From: Tubiluchus corallicola
Lineage: Eukaryota > Animalia > Priapulida
Assembly: GCA_030141605.1 (NCBI GenBank)
Contig: JAQGDQ010000046.1
Coordinates: 496,001-560,000 of the forward strand
Direction: 5' to 3'
DNA: 64,000 bases
A program made the position numbers and the translations under genes. Every line of letters starts with the position of its first letter. The stretch's first letter is position 1. Of this stretch, positions 1-12,700 are shown piece after piece. The notes under the pieces are model-generated. The model did not search any database. It was not told the origin of the DNA and was given only the letters and a program-made list of their open reading frames with translations.

Positions 1-679
1 GCCATGCCATTGTTTTCAAAAGAGTGATTGCCAACACTATCTACACTGAAAATTCCTTCATTTTTAGTGTTATTGTTCAATGTAACTCCTATTGTTCTTT
101 TTTTTACAAAATGCATATATCAAAATTTCAATTATTGTATTCACTTTTGATCAATTCGTAGCATAATTGTTACCTGCCACAAATTCACAGATGAAAAACC
201 ACAGCGCCTATAATCAAAGCTCTTGCCAGCTCAGGCCCGAGTTGACCTACAAATCTTGGTGATAAAACCAAATTAATCAATGCCCACTATCTATGGTTCC
301 TCACACCCAGTAAAACAATATATATGAATATTCTTTTTTTTTAAATGCCATTTCTCTTGCTTCGTTCATACTTTTGTTAATTTGCCATTATTTGGAGCAC
401 AAATATCAGGACTTTGGCTGGAATGTCAGCATGTGACTGTTCTACATCATAACAGGTTTTAAACAGCAGAACAGTAGATTAGGTATACAAACTATGCTTT
501 TTGCTCTGGCAACAAACACTGTGGAATAGAAATCACAAAAAACACAAAGGAAACTATAAATTTGACAATGCACAACTTTTGCTTGTGAAATCAGACTGAT
601 GAATTTCCATGTATATTTTCAGTTTTCAAAAGCTAGGCTCAATATGGAGGGACTTATGGCTTCTAAACTTAAGGCTCAC

Positions 680-775
680 CTTCGGATGGTGTGACAGAGC
701 ATGCAGGTGCGATCAGCGGCATTGTAACTGTAAAATCGTAAATTGCAGTTCCCGGAATTCCAAATGCAGGACCAC
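680..775 (-). CDS. Gene B exon: REJ
   Basis: GGPAFGIPGTAIYDFTVTMPLIAPACSVTPSE; phase 1-1, gtgagc donor. Confidence 0.85.
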
Positions 776-3700
776 CTAAGACAAACAAACGTATCAGCAG
801 AGCTTCATCTATTTTTCCAAAAAACAAATTTTCTTCAGTTGCGCATATTATATTATAAAAGTATTTGAAAAATATGACAATTATAAAAGTCATAATTACA
901 CAACCATACCTTCTACTACAATTCTAAAGGTATGTCCTTCCACTAAGGCACTTTTTCTAACAAAAATTATGTCAGTGTCCTTATTGACAGTTGCTGATTC
1001 ATTAACACTAATAGGAGTGAAAGTGCCGTTAACCATGATTTTTATACTCCAAGAATAAACCGTAATTGATGAATTGTCACAGCTCACACACACACTTTGC
1101 AAGACAAGGCTGGCAGCACTGTTTACCTTTCTTCTGCAGTTTTCTAAGCACCTAAATACAGAAAGCAAACATACTGCACACAGCATGGCTGGCACAAAAA
1201 ATCAAGGCTTTTAAAAAGTTGGAAAGCACATTCTTAGATGGCCAATCGTAAGGGTTCCAACCTAACTTCTGTTAATCGAGTAAGTTTAACTTTAAGTATA
1301 AAAAAAACTATGAAACTTGACACATGTCACATAATAAGTATGTTTAAAAAACCTTTTGATAAATGCTGAAGAAACTCTTACACTTCATTACACTCCTTCA
1401 CAATAAACTATAATAAACTGAAATATCTGAATGCATAATGTATAATGTACGAAGCTATGTACATATTCTAAAAATCTGTTAAGTTAAATGACAAAGTATG
1501 CAGGAAACTGTAATTCAAAATTTCACAGACATGCTTGTAAAATTGAGTCAATAGGAATTTTATTGCTATGTCTACTATTTGATAATTAGTGAACGTGAAT
1601 GCCACGACTACATGTAGATATAGCCACACTGTGACAGAGATGCTAATATTTTTAAATTGGGAATATAAAGCAGGAAACACCAAGAGGACAAAAAGTCTAA
1701 CACTAAATTACTGCTGTCGGTATTTCAATCATATAAATGTGAAGTTTGAAATAGAGTCTGTCGATTAGCTAAGATGTGAAATAGTTAAACATCATGCAGC
1801 ATTCGGTAAGAGAAATCCTCACACAGTGTGGTAGGTGATTATATAGAAGCACTAAACATGCTGCATTATGAACGCTCCGTCCTGTTACGGTAAATAAACA
1901 GCTCAATGGTTCCACTTACGCGGGTTTACATTGTTACTGTTTTCGGTTAATCACCAACAAATTCAGTCCGCTAGTACATTCATGTAAACTGTAAAGCCTG
2001 TTTTTCTAACAACTATATAACAATACAAATCCAGTGACTGTCAAACAGTTGTGTTTAAAGGTAAACAAGCTATTCAAGGATAATTTCACTGGGTGCTGAA
2101 ACCAGTCACTAGCACTGAGTGCTACACTATATTTTACAAACAAATGTGGTGACATCTATGGATAAAAAAGAGGAATATGTCCTTTAAACTAAAGCAATGT
2201 CTAATTGCTACAAAGTAAAACAAAACACACATGCACAAACAGGATGGAATTTTGGTGCTTTTTCATTATCACTATACTCTACTATTAGCTATTTGGCAGA
2301 CTTTATCACACGTAATCCCTAAAGGTATGCGACTGACTAGTTCAATTATACCTTTTTCATAATAACCCAAATCACTTGTTTGATTTAACTGTACTTTTAG
2401 TACTTTTGTGATTCAGCATTTTACCTTATTTGCAGTTTCGTTTCCTCTCTTATTTCGATTACTTGCACTATTTGTTTTGCCCACTGTGAACTGTAATTTT
2501 GCTCTGAATTTGACTGGTTAGCTTTCCAAATGCTAACAATAAACGTAGTTGTCGAATTCTTAGGTAAACTTCTTTCTGGTATTGTGAACTTGGATTCTAA
2601 AAAATGTCAAAATGTGAGAATCTATAAGTACTCTATAGTCACACAGTTAATTTTGGACTAGAAGCTTTTTGGTCTCTCGCCTTCATCAACTAAAAGTTAA
2701 ATTAATGCAATGTAAAATTGCCCCATAAAATACTGATATAATGAAATGCTGCAGTTTCTGTGAATCATAAAATTAAAATATAATGAGGGAGATGACTACA
2801 ACAATGTCATGTTAGAAAAGAAAGTGTAGTTGGTGGTAGCAATAGTTGCATGGTGGTTGAGAGTGAAGGTTCAGTCTCCTAAGAAAATTAAATGAAATAT
2901 TTAGTCCCCAATCCACTCCCAAAAATGTGAGCAAATTTTGGAAAAGCCTAAAATCCAAAATAACCACTATCATGCTTTTTGAAACACCTTTCCGCTGATT
3001 TAGCATATTGTGCTGCACATTGTGTGGTTTCATATTTGATGTGACTTTCATGACGTGAACTACTTTTGCCTTTCAAATCCCAAATGGATGCTGTCAGCCA
3101 TTTTGGATTTTATGTTTTTGAGTGGTTTTGGCTTACAAAAGTTAAAAGCAAAGGGGCTGCGTAGTATATGGTTTTGCAACATTTGGGATCAAGGAATTCA
3201 CATTTAATGTCATTTTCATAACATGACCTATTTTTGACCTTTATGTCCAAAATGGCAGCCAATTTTTATGCCTGGTTAGGTTATATATTCAGTTAATGAA
3301 ACTAGCTGCAAATGAATTAGTGAAACTACAGCAACATCACTATGATAGACCATTCCTCTATACTGTGGGCAATTTGGAATATGAGGTTCGAAGACGAGCA
3401 AAACTGCAACTGACCTACAAACAAGATCAAAAACCAAAGAAAATGAATGTGTAATTGTAAATGTAACATTTACGTGAGTCGCCACTTTGGATGCACGATG
3501 CTTTTTTTTATTTTTTATTTTGGAATACTCTGAAATTCCAGCAACAACTTAATTTACTCAATATGGTACAGACGATTAGTCTGCTTCCAAATCTTCTTTC
3601 ACATTTGCTCTTCTCCCTGTCACTACGTTCATTTGAAAAGTATTAACAAGCTGTAAACTGCTGGCTCAAGCAGCAAGGAAGTGTGTGACACTCTTATTTA

Positions 3701-6700
3701 TGGTTTTGCAGATAAAGCCAATACAGGATGGATGTTCTACCAGGATAACAAACTGGGCAGTAGAGATGTAGTTATTCTTTTTCACATGGCGATCTAACTC
3801 AGATGGGAGACAGACTAAACTCCATTTCTTCAGTTTGTACCACTTAGACGCTTTGGCCTGTCCGTAGGTCCTGATTACGGCTGCAATTTTAGCATAAACA
3901 TTTTTATAGAGAACAAATATCTTTACATTTACTTTTCCTTTATCTTCTGGATCTCATTTATTCATCTTGGGTGCTCCTTCTCCAGCACTAACCTTTTCCA
4001 ATGCCTATAAACATGTAGTCAATGCCAATGATTACATGGAAAACCATAATGATATCTGCAGCCGCTTATATTTTGGCAGTTGTTTAATGCATGCTTTCAC
4101 TTAATGAGCAAATCACCTTGGTACTATTCACATTTGGATATTCACATTAGTGTCCTTGCTCTTTAGAACAACTAGTTCGCGGCCAATACGTCGGCATACA
4201 TCAGGAATGTATCTCCCTCTTTATGCTTGACTATGCATATGCTATGCTATATCACAATATATTATGTCACCATGCACCTGACCTACTTGAATTTTTAATT
4301 ATTCCTTAATGAGATTCCATATTCAAAATGAATCAGGTTGTTAAATTCAGCAGTATTTGGAAATGCATCTGTAGTTTTGGAGCAACTGCTTGAAATCTAT
4401 GAGTGTTTTGCTGAATTGACTTAGTTTATCATCCTTGATACTGCTGAAAGGAAGGTCGTACCAGTATGACGAGGCATGAATCAGAGATTCAGTATGTGCG
4501 AGAAGATAACAGTGCAGATATTAATTGGGTGATCACTAGAGTGGTATTTTCGAACCTTTATGGTTCTCTGGTATGTTTCATGACCATTCATAGGTGATCT
4601 GTTGATTAAATGCAAACATACATTAATCAACTGCCATGCTCCCAGAAGAAGTGGCAGATATCATCATGCCTTTCCATGTAATCACTGAGAATGACTACAT
4701 ATCAGGGCTGTATAAGCATGAGTAGAAGCCATTATTGGATAGGGGTGATCACTGACCCTAAGGCGAGAAAGTACCTCAAATAAGTAGCTGAAAGTCTGGA
4801 ACTAGAGAATGAAGTCAGACCTAATGACATTTGTTCTCTCCAAAGATTGTGCTGAGAATACTGATATGACATATGGGCAGGCCCAAAGTATCCAAGTGCC
4901 ACAAAGCGTGTAAGGGTATGATCTGTTTCCAACTGATGAAGGCACATCGGACCACCATGTGAATGGAAAAAACTCTTATACTGGCAAGTTGATTATAGCT
5001 TGGTAAAACATTCATCCTATTGGCAGCATAGAAATCATGAATGGGAAGACCCAGTCAGTCTGGCACAACCTTCAACCCTTGTGCAACGTTAGGTCAGGTC
5101 TCATTAATTCTATGAAGATGAAAGTACTGATGTGACAGAAGTGGTGCTCTTGAGAAGAAGTGTGGAGAATAAACAGATCTGGATTATGAGTAATTGTCCT
5201 TACCATATTGAGTGTGGCGAATCAACAGATCTGGATTAAGAGACCATACCATATTCAGTTGGATAAGTTTTTGCTAAACTATCAGTGTACCAAAAAAAAA
5301 ACATCAGTTGATATGTTGGACATAAAGACCAAAAATAGGTCAATCGCCAACTTGACAATAAATGTGAATTCTTCGACCACAAATGTCCCCAAAAACTACA
5401 GGCTTGTATGCCAAAACACATAAAACTTAAAATCCAAAAATGGCCGAAGTCAGCCATTTTCATTTAAAGGCAAAAAAGTGGGTCAATCACTTGAATGATA
5501 CCAAAATGAATTCTTTGAACCACAACGTCCCAGAAAACATATACAGTGCAGCACAGAAGGTCAAATCAATGAGAAGATGCCTGATTAGCCATTTTGAATT
5601 TTGGGCTCCTACAGACTTTGTCCATTATTTAACCTTCATAGAAGACAAATTCATTGAGAAATAAACTTCACTCTCAACAATCATGGCCACAGAACTACTG
5701 GAAAATGATAAAACTAACAAATTGAAACACTCACTACATAATCAAATTTAGAGCAAGACAAACATACCTGCGATGTGTTGCAACTGTGTAACAGCAATCC
5801 AGAATAGACAGTGATTTAAAGCAGGGGGGAGGGGGTATAAAGGCATAAATATTATAAACTGCTTGTGGTGTATAAACAGAAATAGTTATGAATACGATTA
5901 TCATTTGTGGTGTAAACAAGTTATCAACAAAGCACTTAAGTATATAATATCAAGTACAAATGCTAGAATCTATTTGTTCTCGATTTTTTACTGCTAAGAT
6001 CACATCTCGTTTGTAGCCATACCTAATGAATTTACGTAAGATTGACCTGTGATTGCTTCCACTGACTTTCCCTGTAAGATGGCATCTTTCAATTGCACCT
6101 TGATTAGTGATCCAACTTAAGAACTCCATAGCAGAAGTTCACTACTAAATCATATACATTCTCGTCATCATATTGTGGCACATCAAAGAATCTAACACTG
6201 CACCTCCTACTACATTGTTCTAAGTCATTTGTCTTTTGTCAAAGATGTTTATTTCTTCATGCATCTCGTTGATATCTTCTTTGACTTGCTTGATTGTAAC
6301 TTTCAGAATTACTGAATTTATAACTAACAAGAGTGTATGCAAAATTTCAGACTGTAGTTTTTCCTTGACTTTTGTGCTCATTTCGAAGTTATTTTCATTG
6401 ACGATTTGCTCATCATCTATGAGAGGCTTGTCTTCTTCAACAGACGACATCATTGAGGTTAGTACGTCGTTCCTTGTATCAAATCTGTTAGTCTAGCAAC
6501 ACCACACTCATAGTTAATCATAGAATATCTTTTAGCGACTTCTAGTTGCCATAATAAAACTCAGAAACATTTAGTGCATATTTTCTGTGCATTTAATTTA
6601 CCGTATTTTACTGTATGATGTAGTATACAGTTTGAATTTTACAGCAACCTAAAACACTTGCTTTCGTCTCAGTTACTGAATCAGTTTTATTAGTCATGTT

Positions 6701-9700
6701 ATCAGTCAATTATCACGTATTATTGATGTAAGAATGCATAATATTGATGTGATAATTTGGAGGAGTTACATCGGACTATTTATGATGAATAAATTATAAA
6801 TGATTTTAGTACTGATGAATATAAAATATAATGCTTCACACTTAATGAACTATCTGTTTGTAAATATTGTAGCTTATATTTTGTGACATATTGTATTTTT
6901 TGTACTTTTTTCCCAAAAAGTTATGAATAAATATTATATGTAATCCGTGTTAATCATAGACCTGATTTTGATTTTAAAACCGTAAGTTAAAAATAATTAA
7001 GATGATCATTTAATTTTAGATACATCTTAAATGACAGTGCTACATTATTACTACACACCATTAAATGGAATAGTTATATTGTAACATCGATCACTGTCAC
7101 TGCTATAGACAGAGTCGTAGTCTCTTATCCCTTCATAGCAATGCCACCAGAATCTAAAACAAAGAAATAAATTAAGAGAAATTTCGTATGGGCAATAAAA
7201 TATTGTCAAAAATATCTTAAAGTGCAAGAAAACACTCTTAAATAGAGGTGAGCGACAAATGTTTGAGTTCAAATGTCGAATTGAATTTGAACACTCAATT
7301 CCATTTGAATGAGTTTTTCTAGTTCATATTTGATTCGAAACTAAAATTATGGATTCGAATAATTCACGACACTTCAACTAGATATGTTCTTCATCATTAA
7401 AAGTTTTGAAACGTCATGCAATCAGCATAATTTAGTTGAGATTTCTGTACAAAATGCTTAAACAAATTATTAGTGTTTCTACTGCAGAACAAAATTAAAT
7501 AACACGCATTCTTTGAGAAGACTGCTTTTTGTTTATGATTCGAAAATTCACTCGAAAGTCAGTTTGGTTCGCAAGTCATAATTCAATTCGGATTCAGTTT
7601 CTGGAAGAGAATGCTCACCTTTACTCTTCATAAAGAAAGTTCAAAATTTGTCTCGAAGTTTTATATCGCTGACATGCTGTCCTATTGACGTCAAACATAT
7701 TGGTCTATCGCTCCGCCCCCACTGCGGCATTCGAGACAACAGCTCACGCAGGACAACAACTGTCTAAGCTAAGCTAAACTAAACTAAACACATGACAGTC
7801 TGAACTATTGTCAAATCAGCAGTTAAACTGATTGCTCTTTTTCATAAACACAAATTTGCAGAGCAGCAGCTATTTTAACATGAAATTAGCACTTCAAGTA
7901 GCCAAAAAATGACTTTTCAATTTAAACAGAGCGTAGAGACGAAGTTTCAAAGCACCGCAAAATACAGAAACATAAATATAATAAAGAAACTAAGCCAGTT
8001 AGCCTTGCTTTACAATAAATGAGCAACAGAAATATTAGGTTTCTCTTGCCTTTAAACATACGAACATCAAGCTTACAATGTATTGTTCTATATTAATTGA
8101 TCATGTGCATAAATTTGACTGTTCCGGTCCATAGACGACCCTTATATTGAATGCCCGAGTCACATAAGTCCCAATGGTATCTTTTAACCTTGATTATAGC
8201 CAGAAATGTAGCATCAAATTGCCTAATATTACATTGATGTATAACGCAAGTTATGACCACATTTGAATTAATTTTGACCGTGAAGATCTCATTGAGGTTT
8301 AGTGAAAACTGCCCAGAAAAGAAAAAGTAAAGAGAATTTTGTTTTGTCCTTATTTAAAGTTAATCAAATCATTGTTTTTGTCTAATTTGCAAAGCCATAA
8401 ACTAAACTAAACTGCATATTTTCTTGATTGCAAAATGGTTTAATCAGCAGTTCATAGAGGTAAGAGTTGCGCATTTCTTCCTATAAATAAAACTTGATTG
8501 TGTATTTCCACTAATTCACTTGCAATTTCAATTGACAATAATAAAATCTAGAGCCAGGCCAATATTTCTCCTGCTGACTAATGAAAAGTTAAGCATTTTT
8601 CATAACAGTGTTAGTCGGAGCTGTAGCTAAATGTCCCAAATGTACCTGCTGCAGGGATGTGTGAAAGAACTTGCAAGCTGATTGGGCAGCCGATGAAAAT
8701 GATTGACATTATGTTAGACGTCAATTGCATGAAGAACTTGCGTTAACAGTGCACCTGTATAAAATTTGTAAATTTGAACCAGAGACAAATATCAGGTACA
8801 GCCATTTAACGGTAAGGTGTTATAGCCGTACAAAACTTGTAAATTAAACCAGCGATAAACATCAGGTGCAGCCATTTAATGGTAAGTCATTTGAAACAAG
8901 TTTAGATAACGATAACACTGCATATATATACAGTTTGAAAAACTAATCAGAGCATTTGTAGCAAACATCTTATAAACCAAGCAAAAGTATATATTACTTT
9001 AAATTGTTAGTAAGCTCAATAATGCGCTATTTGGTGAGGCAGTTGTGCATACTGGGATGGTGATATAATGACGTTTTTAAAGTTGACACGAAGATTTTAA
9101 ATTATTGAGAATTTTCTTTTCCAATTATATTAGTCTTGAAATCAAACAGGTAGCCTAAGAGTAATGTTAAGTAATATAGCTTTGTATGGGAAGTTCTTTT
9201 GATATGCATAGAAAACAATAATATAATTTATATTAGCCTAATAAATGTAGAAAATGAAACAACTTTTTAAAAGCCAAGAAAGAAGTCAGTTGTTCTACAA
9301 TGTGCAAAATTACTTTAGCATTCAAGAATAAAATTTACGATTTATGCACTTCTTTGACAACAAGCCATTCTACATACTAAACTCATTATTATTTAGAACT
9401 CTAATATTCCACCTGGAGCTATGCGATCTTCTAGAAGTACCATAAGATGAATAGATGGACATTCTGGTGTAGTTGAAAAATTTGTCATCATCTCACTTGG
9501 TTGTTTGAAATAATGATTATATATAGAAATTCTTTTCACTCTGCTTGTTGCTGAGCTGGCCCATTATGTGTGTTGTGCTTTTGCTTTTCAATAAGCTTTT
9601 TTTTATATATAATGAAGAAACTGGATCCAGCTGTTAGCTCATTTTAAATTAGGTAAACTAGCAGATTACAGAAAGAAAACTGATTCACACTTACCATCAA

Positions 9701-12700
9701 AAAGATGGATTGTGGCCCACCACAGATTATGTTTCTATACTTCACGGAAAGATCGCTGTCATTTTTTTAACTTTTCTATTTTCAGGGTGATCTAAATTTA
9801 AATTATCTAAATTCACGATAACTGCTTAATGGAACGATTTGTAGGACCTACAGCACAGTGACTCACTCAAGTACTCACTCAAAATATGTCAGAATTGCTT
9901 ACAAAATGTTTGGATCTGCATTGGGTCTGCATCGATCGTAAGAAGCTGACGCGTCCATGGTAAGAGCATTCTTCCAGTTTATGGTCTTATTAGGTCCATC
10001 ACGAATAACAGCTGTCAAATTCATTGTATCGATCTTTATCCATCCCTGTATGTGTTAAATAGCAAAAAAATTATTATATCGACTCATATACAAAATTTCA
10101 GAATTCTCTCTTTTTTACTTACTTTTTCGTTTCTCTTCCGGTGATATATATTTAACATGAAACAATGAAAGTCGGAAATTAAATCCAACAAAGTAAAACA
10201 TAAGCAAAGAAATAAACATAAACTAATATTAGCAAGAAATACAACAAAATCTCAATTTTCTCATTTCTAATTGAGAAAGCTCAACATTTTCTCAGCCAGG
10301 CTGTATTCTCGTTTTTAGTTTTTGCTCTCAGAACAGATTATGTTGCTAGTTACCTACGCACTCATGTGGTAACTTTCATTGCTCTATGCAGTATGCGATC
10401 TCTGCTGCATAATGATTTTAGGACATGTGGCATCACTGGCATGCAGATATAAATATGTGACTATACGGAATAGCAGCGCAACATGGAACTTAAAACCTAC
10501 CAAACTGCTTCCTGAAGTATTAACTCACATGGATGTCACGGCCAAAGGCTTTTGCAACAGTAAAATTGTGAAAGACACAAGCATCTGGGGTGGGCAAAAA
10601 ACTGAGGTCTGCAGCCAGCATAATTCCAATCACAAAAAAACAATTCGACTATTGATTTTCTTAAAAATCAACATCCAATCTCTGGTTATGGAACTGATAA
10701 GGTTAGTTTCCAATGAATTCTTTGTACACTTCTTTTCTTCCTTTGTCCTAAATTACTAAAATGACTCATATGACACACTATATTTCTAGCTTCTATTATA
10801 CTGGAGTGTTTGAATCTACCTAGGCAAAGTTGGTGTGTGAGTAGGCAAAACAACTAACCACAAAGATGGCTTCCAGCCCGTTCTTCTTTATTTCTCCTCA
10901 CCCTCCAGCATTGTTGCAAGGCTGGCCACAAAAAAATTTGTTTCTGTTTTACCTCAGGAGCTCAAAAGATGTCAGTATGGGAGGAAATTTTTGTTGAACC
11001 TTTGTAAATGCTCAAAACTGAATCACGGAATATTTAAAATCAGTTGAAATCAAAGTTTCTCTGTTTTCCAATAGTTAGCAATAATAATAAATTTGTTCAA
11101 TGCATATTTTTTCACACTTTGTTTTTTAGTTTTTTTCGCATCACTAATTATCATATAATTATCAGTTATCGTATAGTCTCTTTTTGCACGGTATGAAGCC
11201 GTAAATTATCGTATGTTATGATAATTACGGTATAAACGACAATGTTATATGCTCGCCCATTAATATGACAATTTGATGGAAAATACAGTAACTTTTAGCC
11301 TCCAATATGATAATCAGGCTAAATCAGCATCATACAAAATGGCAACACTGGCCCGGCCCGAGAGTTAGCTGTAGAAAAACATGGTTGCGCCCTCACCGAA
11401 ACAACGATGTTATAACAATTATTTCTTTTTACGTTTTACATTAAAAAAATAAGCTTTTATATGACTGTACTAGGCACGTATATGAATGCACAAACAAAAA
11501 AATAATAAAATTCCCGGCAGGGTGTGCAATAAAGAAATTACCTGGGCCATTAGACGGAAACAGAAGTATTTTTTTCAAAATGTTGCTATCATTGCCACTA
11601 ACAATGCAAAATACTGTCCCGTGGAACTTCCATACTGAAATAACACTTTCTATGTAACACTGGAATTTCAACGGGAGCTTTTAAACGGTCTTAGTACCAA
11701 AATTCAAAACAGATCTTTTGAGATCAAATTTACTTCTTAAGGAATGGCAATGCCCAATAATGAATCAAGTTCTTACAAGCACCAATTGTCAGGCGGCATG
11801 ATCTTACATGTGTTAAAACACTAGTGAGCCACCAATTCTTGCTGCTGGACAGATCTGCCCAAGTTATAACATCTACTGGCAAATATGTATACCATTTCTG
11901 AAAGACTTGCATAAATATATTAAAGCCAGTTTGCTCAACAGTTCTGAAAGAGCCTTTGATCGAAAGTAATCATCAGGGACTGCATTCACTAATGTTCTCA
12001 TTAAAATTTTTTGTAAGAAACCTCTTACAATTTTTTAGGAAGCTCGTAAGTTTTTGAAGAGCGATTCATGAAGCTTTCTTACAATACAGCAGTTTTTTAG
12101 TGTTTTTTCATTACAATACCTGGTATACATTTATGCTCTTCTTTTTCTTATATTACCAAGGTGCTGTAATATTAGTGCATAAAACTGAATTGAACTGATG
12201 CTGACGTAGCTCAGCCTGTAATTGCTCTAGGGTTTCTAAAAACTCCTCAACATAAGCTGTATGTAGGTTCACTTCAAGTTCCTTGTTACTGATTTCTTTT
12301 TTAATAATGCCCACCTCTGGCAACTTGTTGTTTCACACAAGATGCGCATTGCCTTACTAGTGGCATATTCAGAAACTTTAAACACTTTCCAAACTGCTGA
12401 AACATTAGTGTGACCATCCATCTTGAGTATGGAGGAATATGAAGAGTGTCATTTGAAAAATATATACAAAAAATATATACAAACTAGCTATTGCAAGCTA
12501 TACAAACTACAGTCCCACGATTAGTACAGCTATATTCTGAAATGCGTAAAATTATGATTTAATCATTCACGCCTGTACAATAGAGGGTTTGCAAATGTCA
12601 ACCAACCAGTAACCAGTGAAAGTCCACCTCACAATAGCATGAACACTGGCTGGCTATTCCACCTATATTCCGCAACCCCAGACGTTAACTCATAACCACC

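Noticed and set aside
1920-1997. Splice-flanked island in gene B intron
   Set aside because: Contains stops and is not needed, since exons 2425 and 1151 join in phase; no motif recognised
9695-9847. Island with ctgtag acceptor and gtaagt donor
   Set aside because: Stops in all frames and no recognisable motif; might be another ghost fragment but cannot be supported
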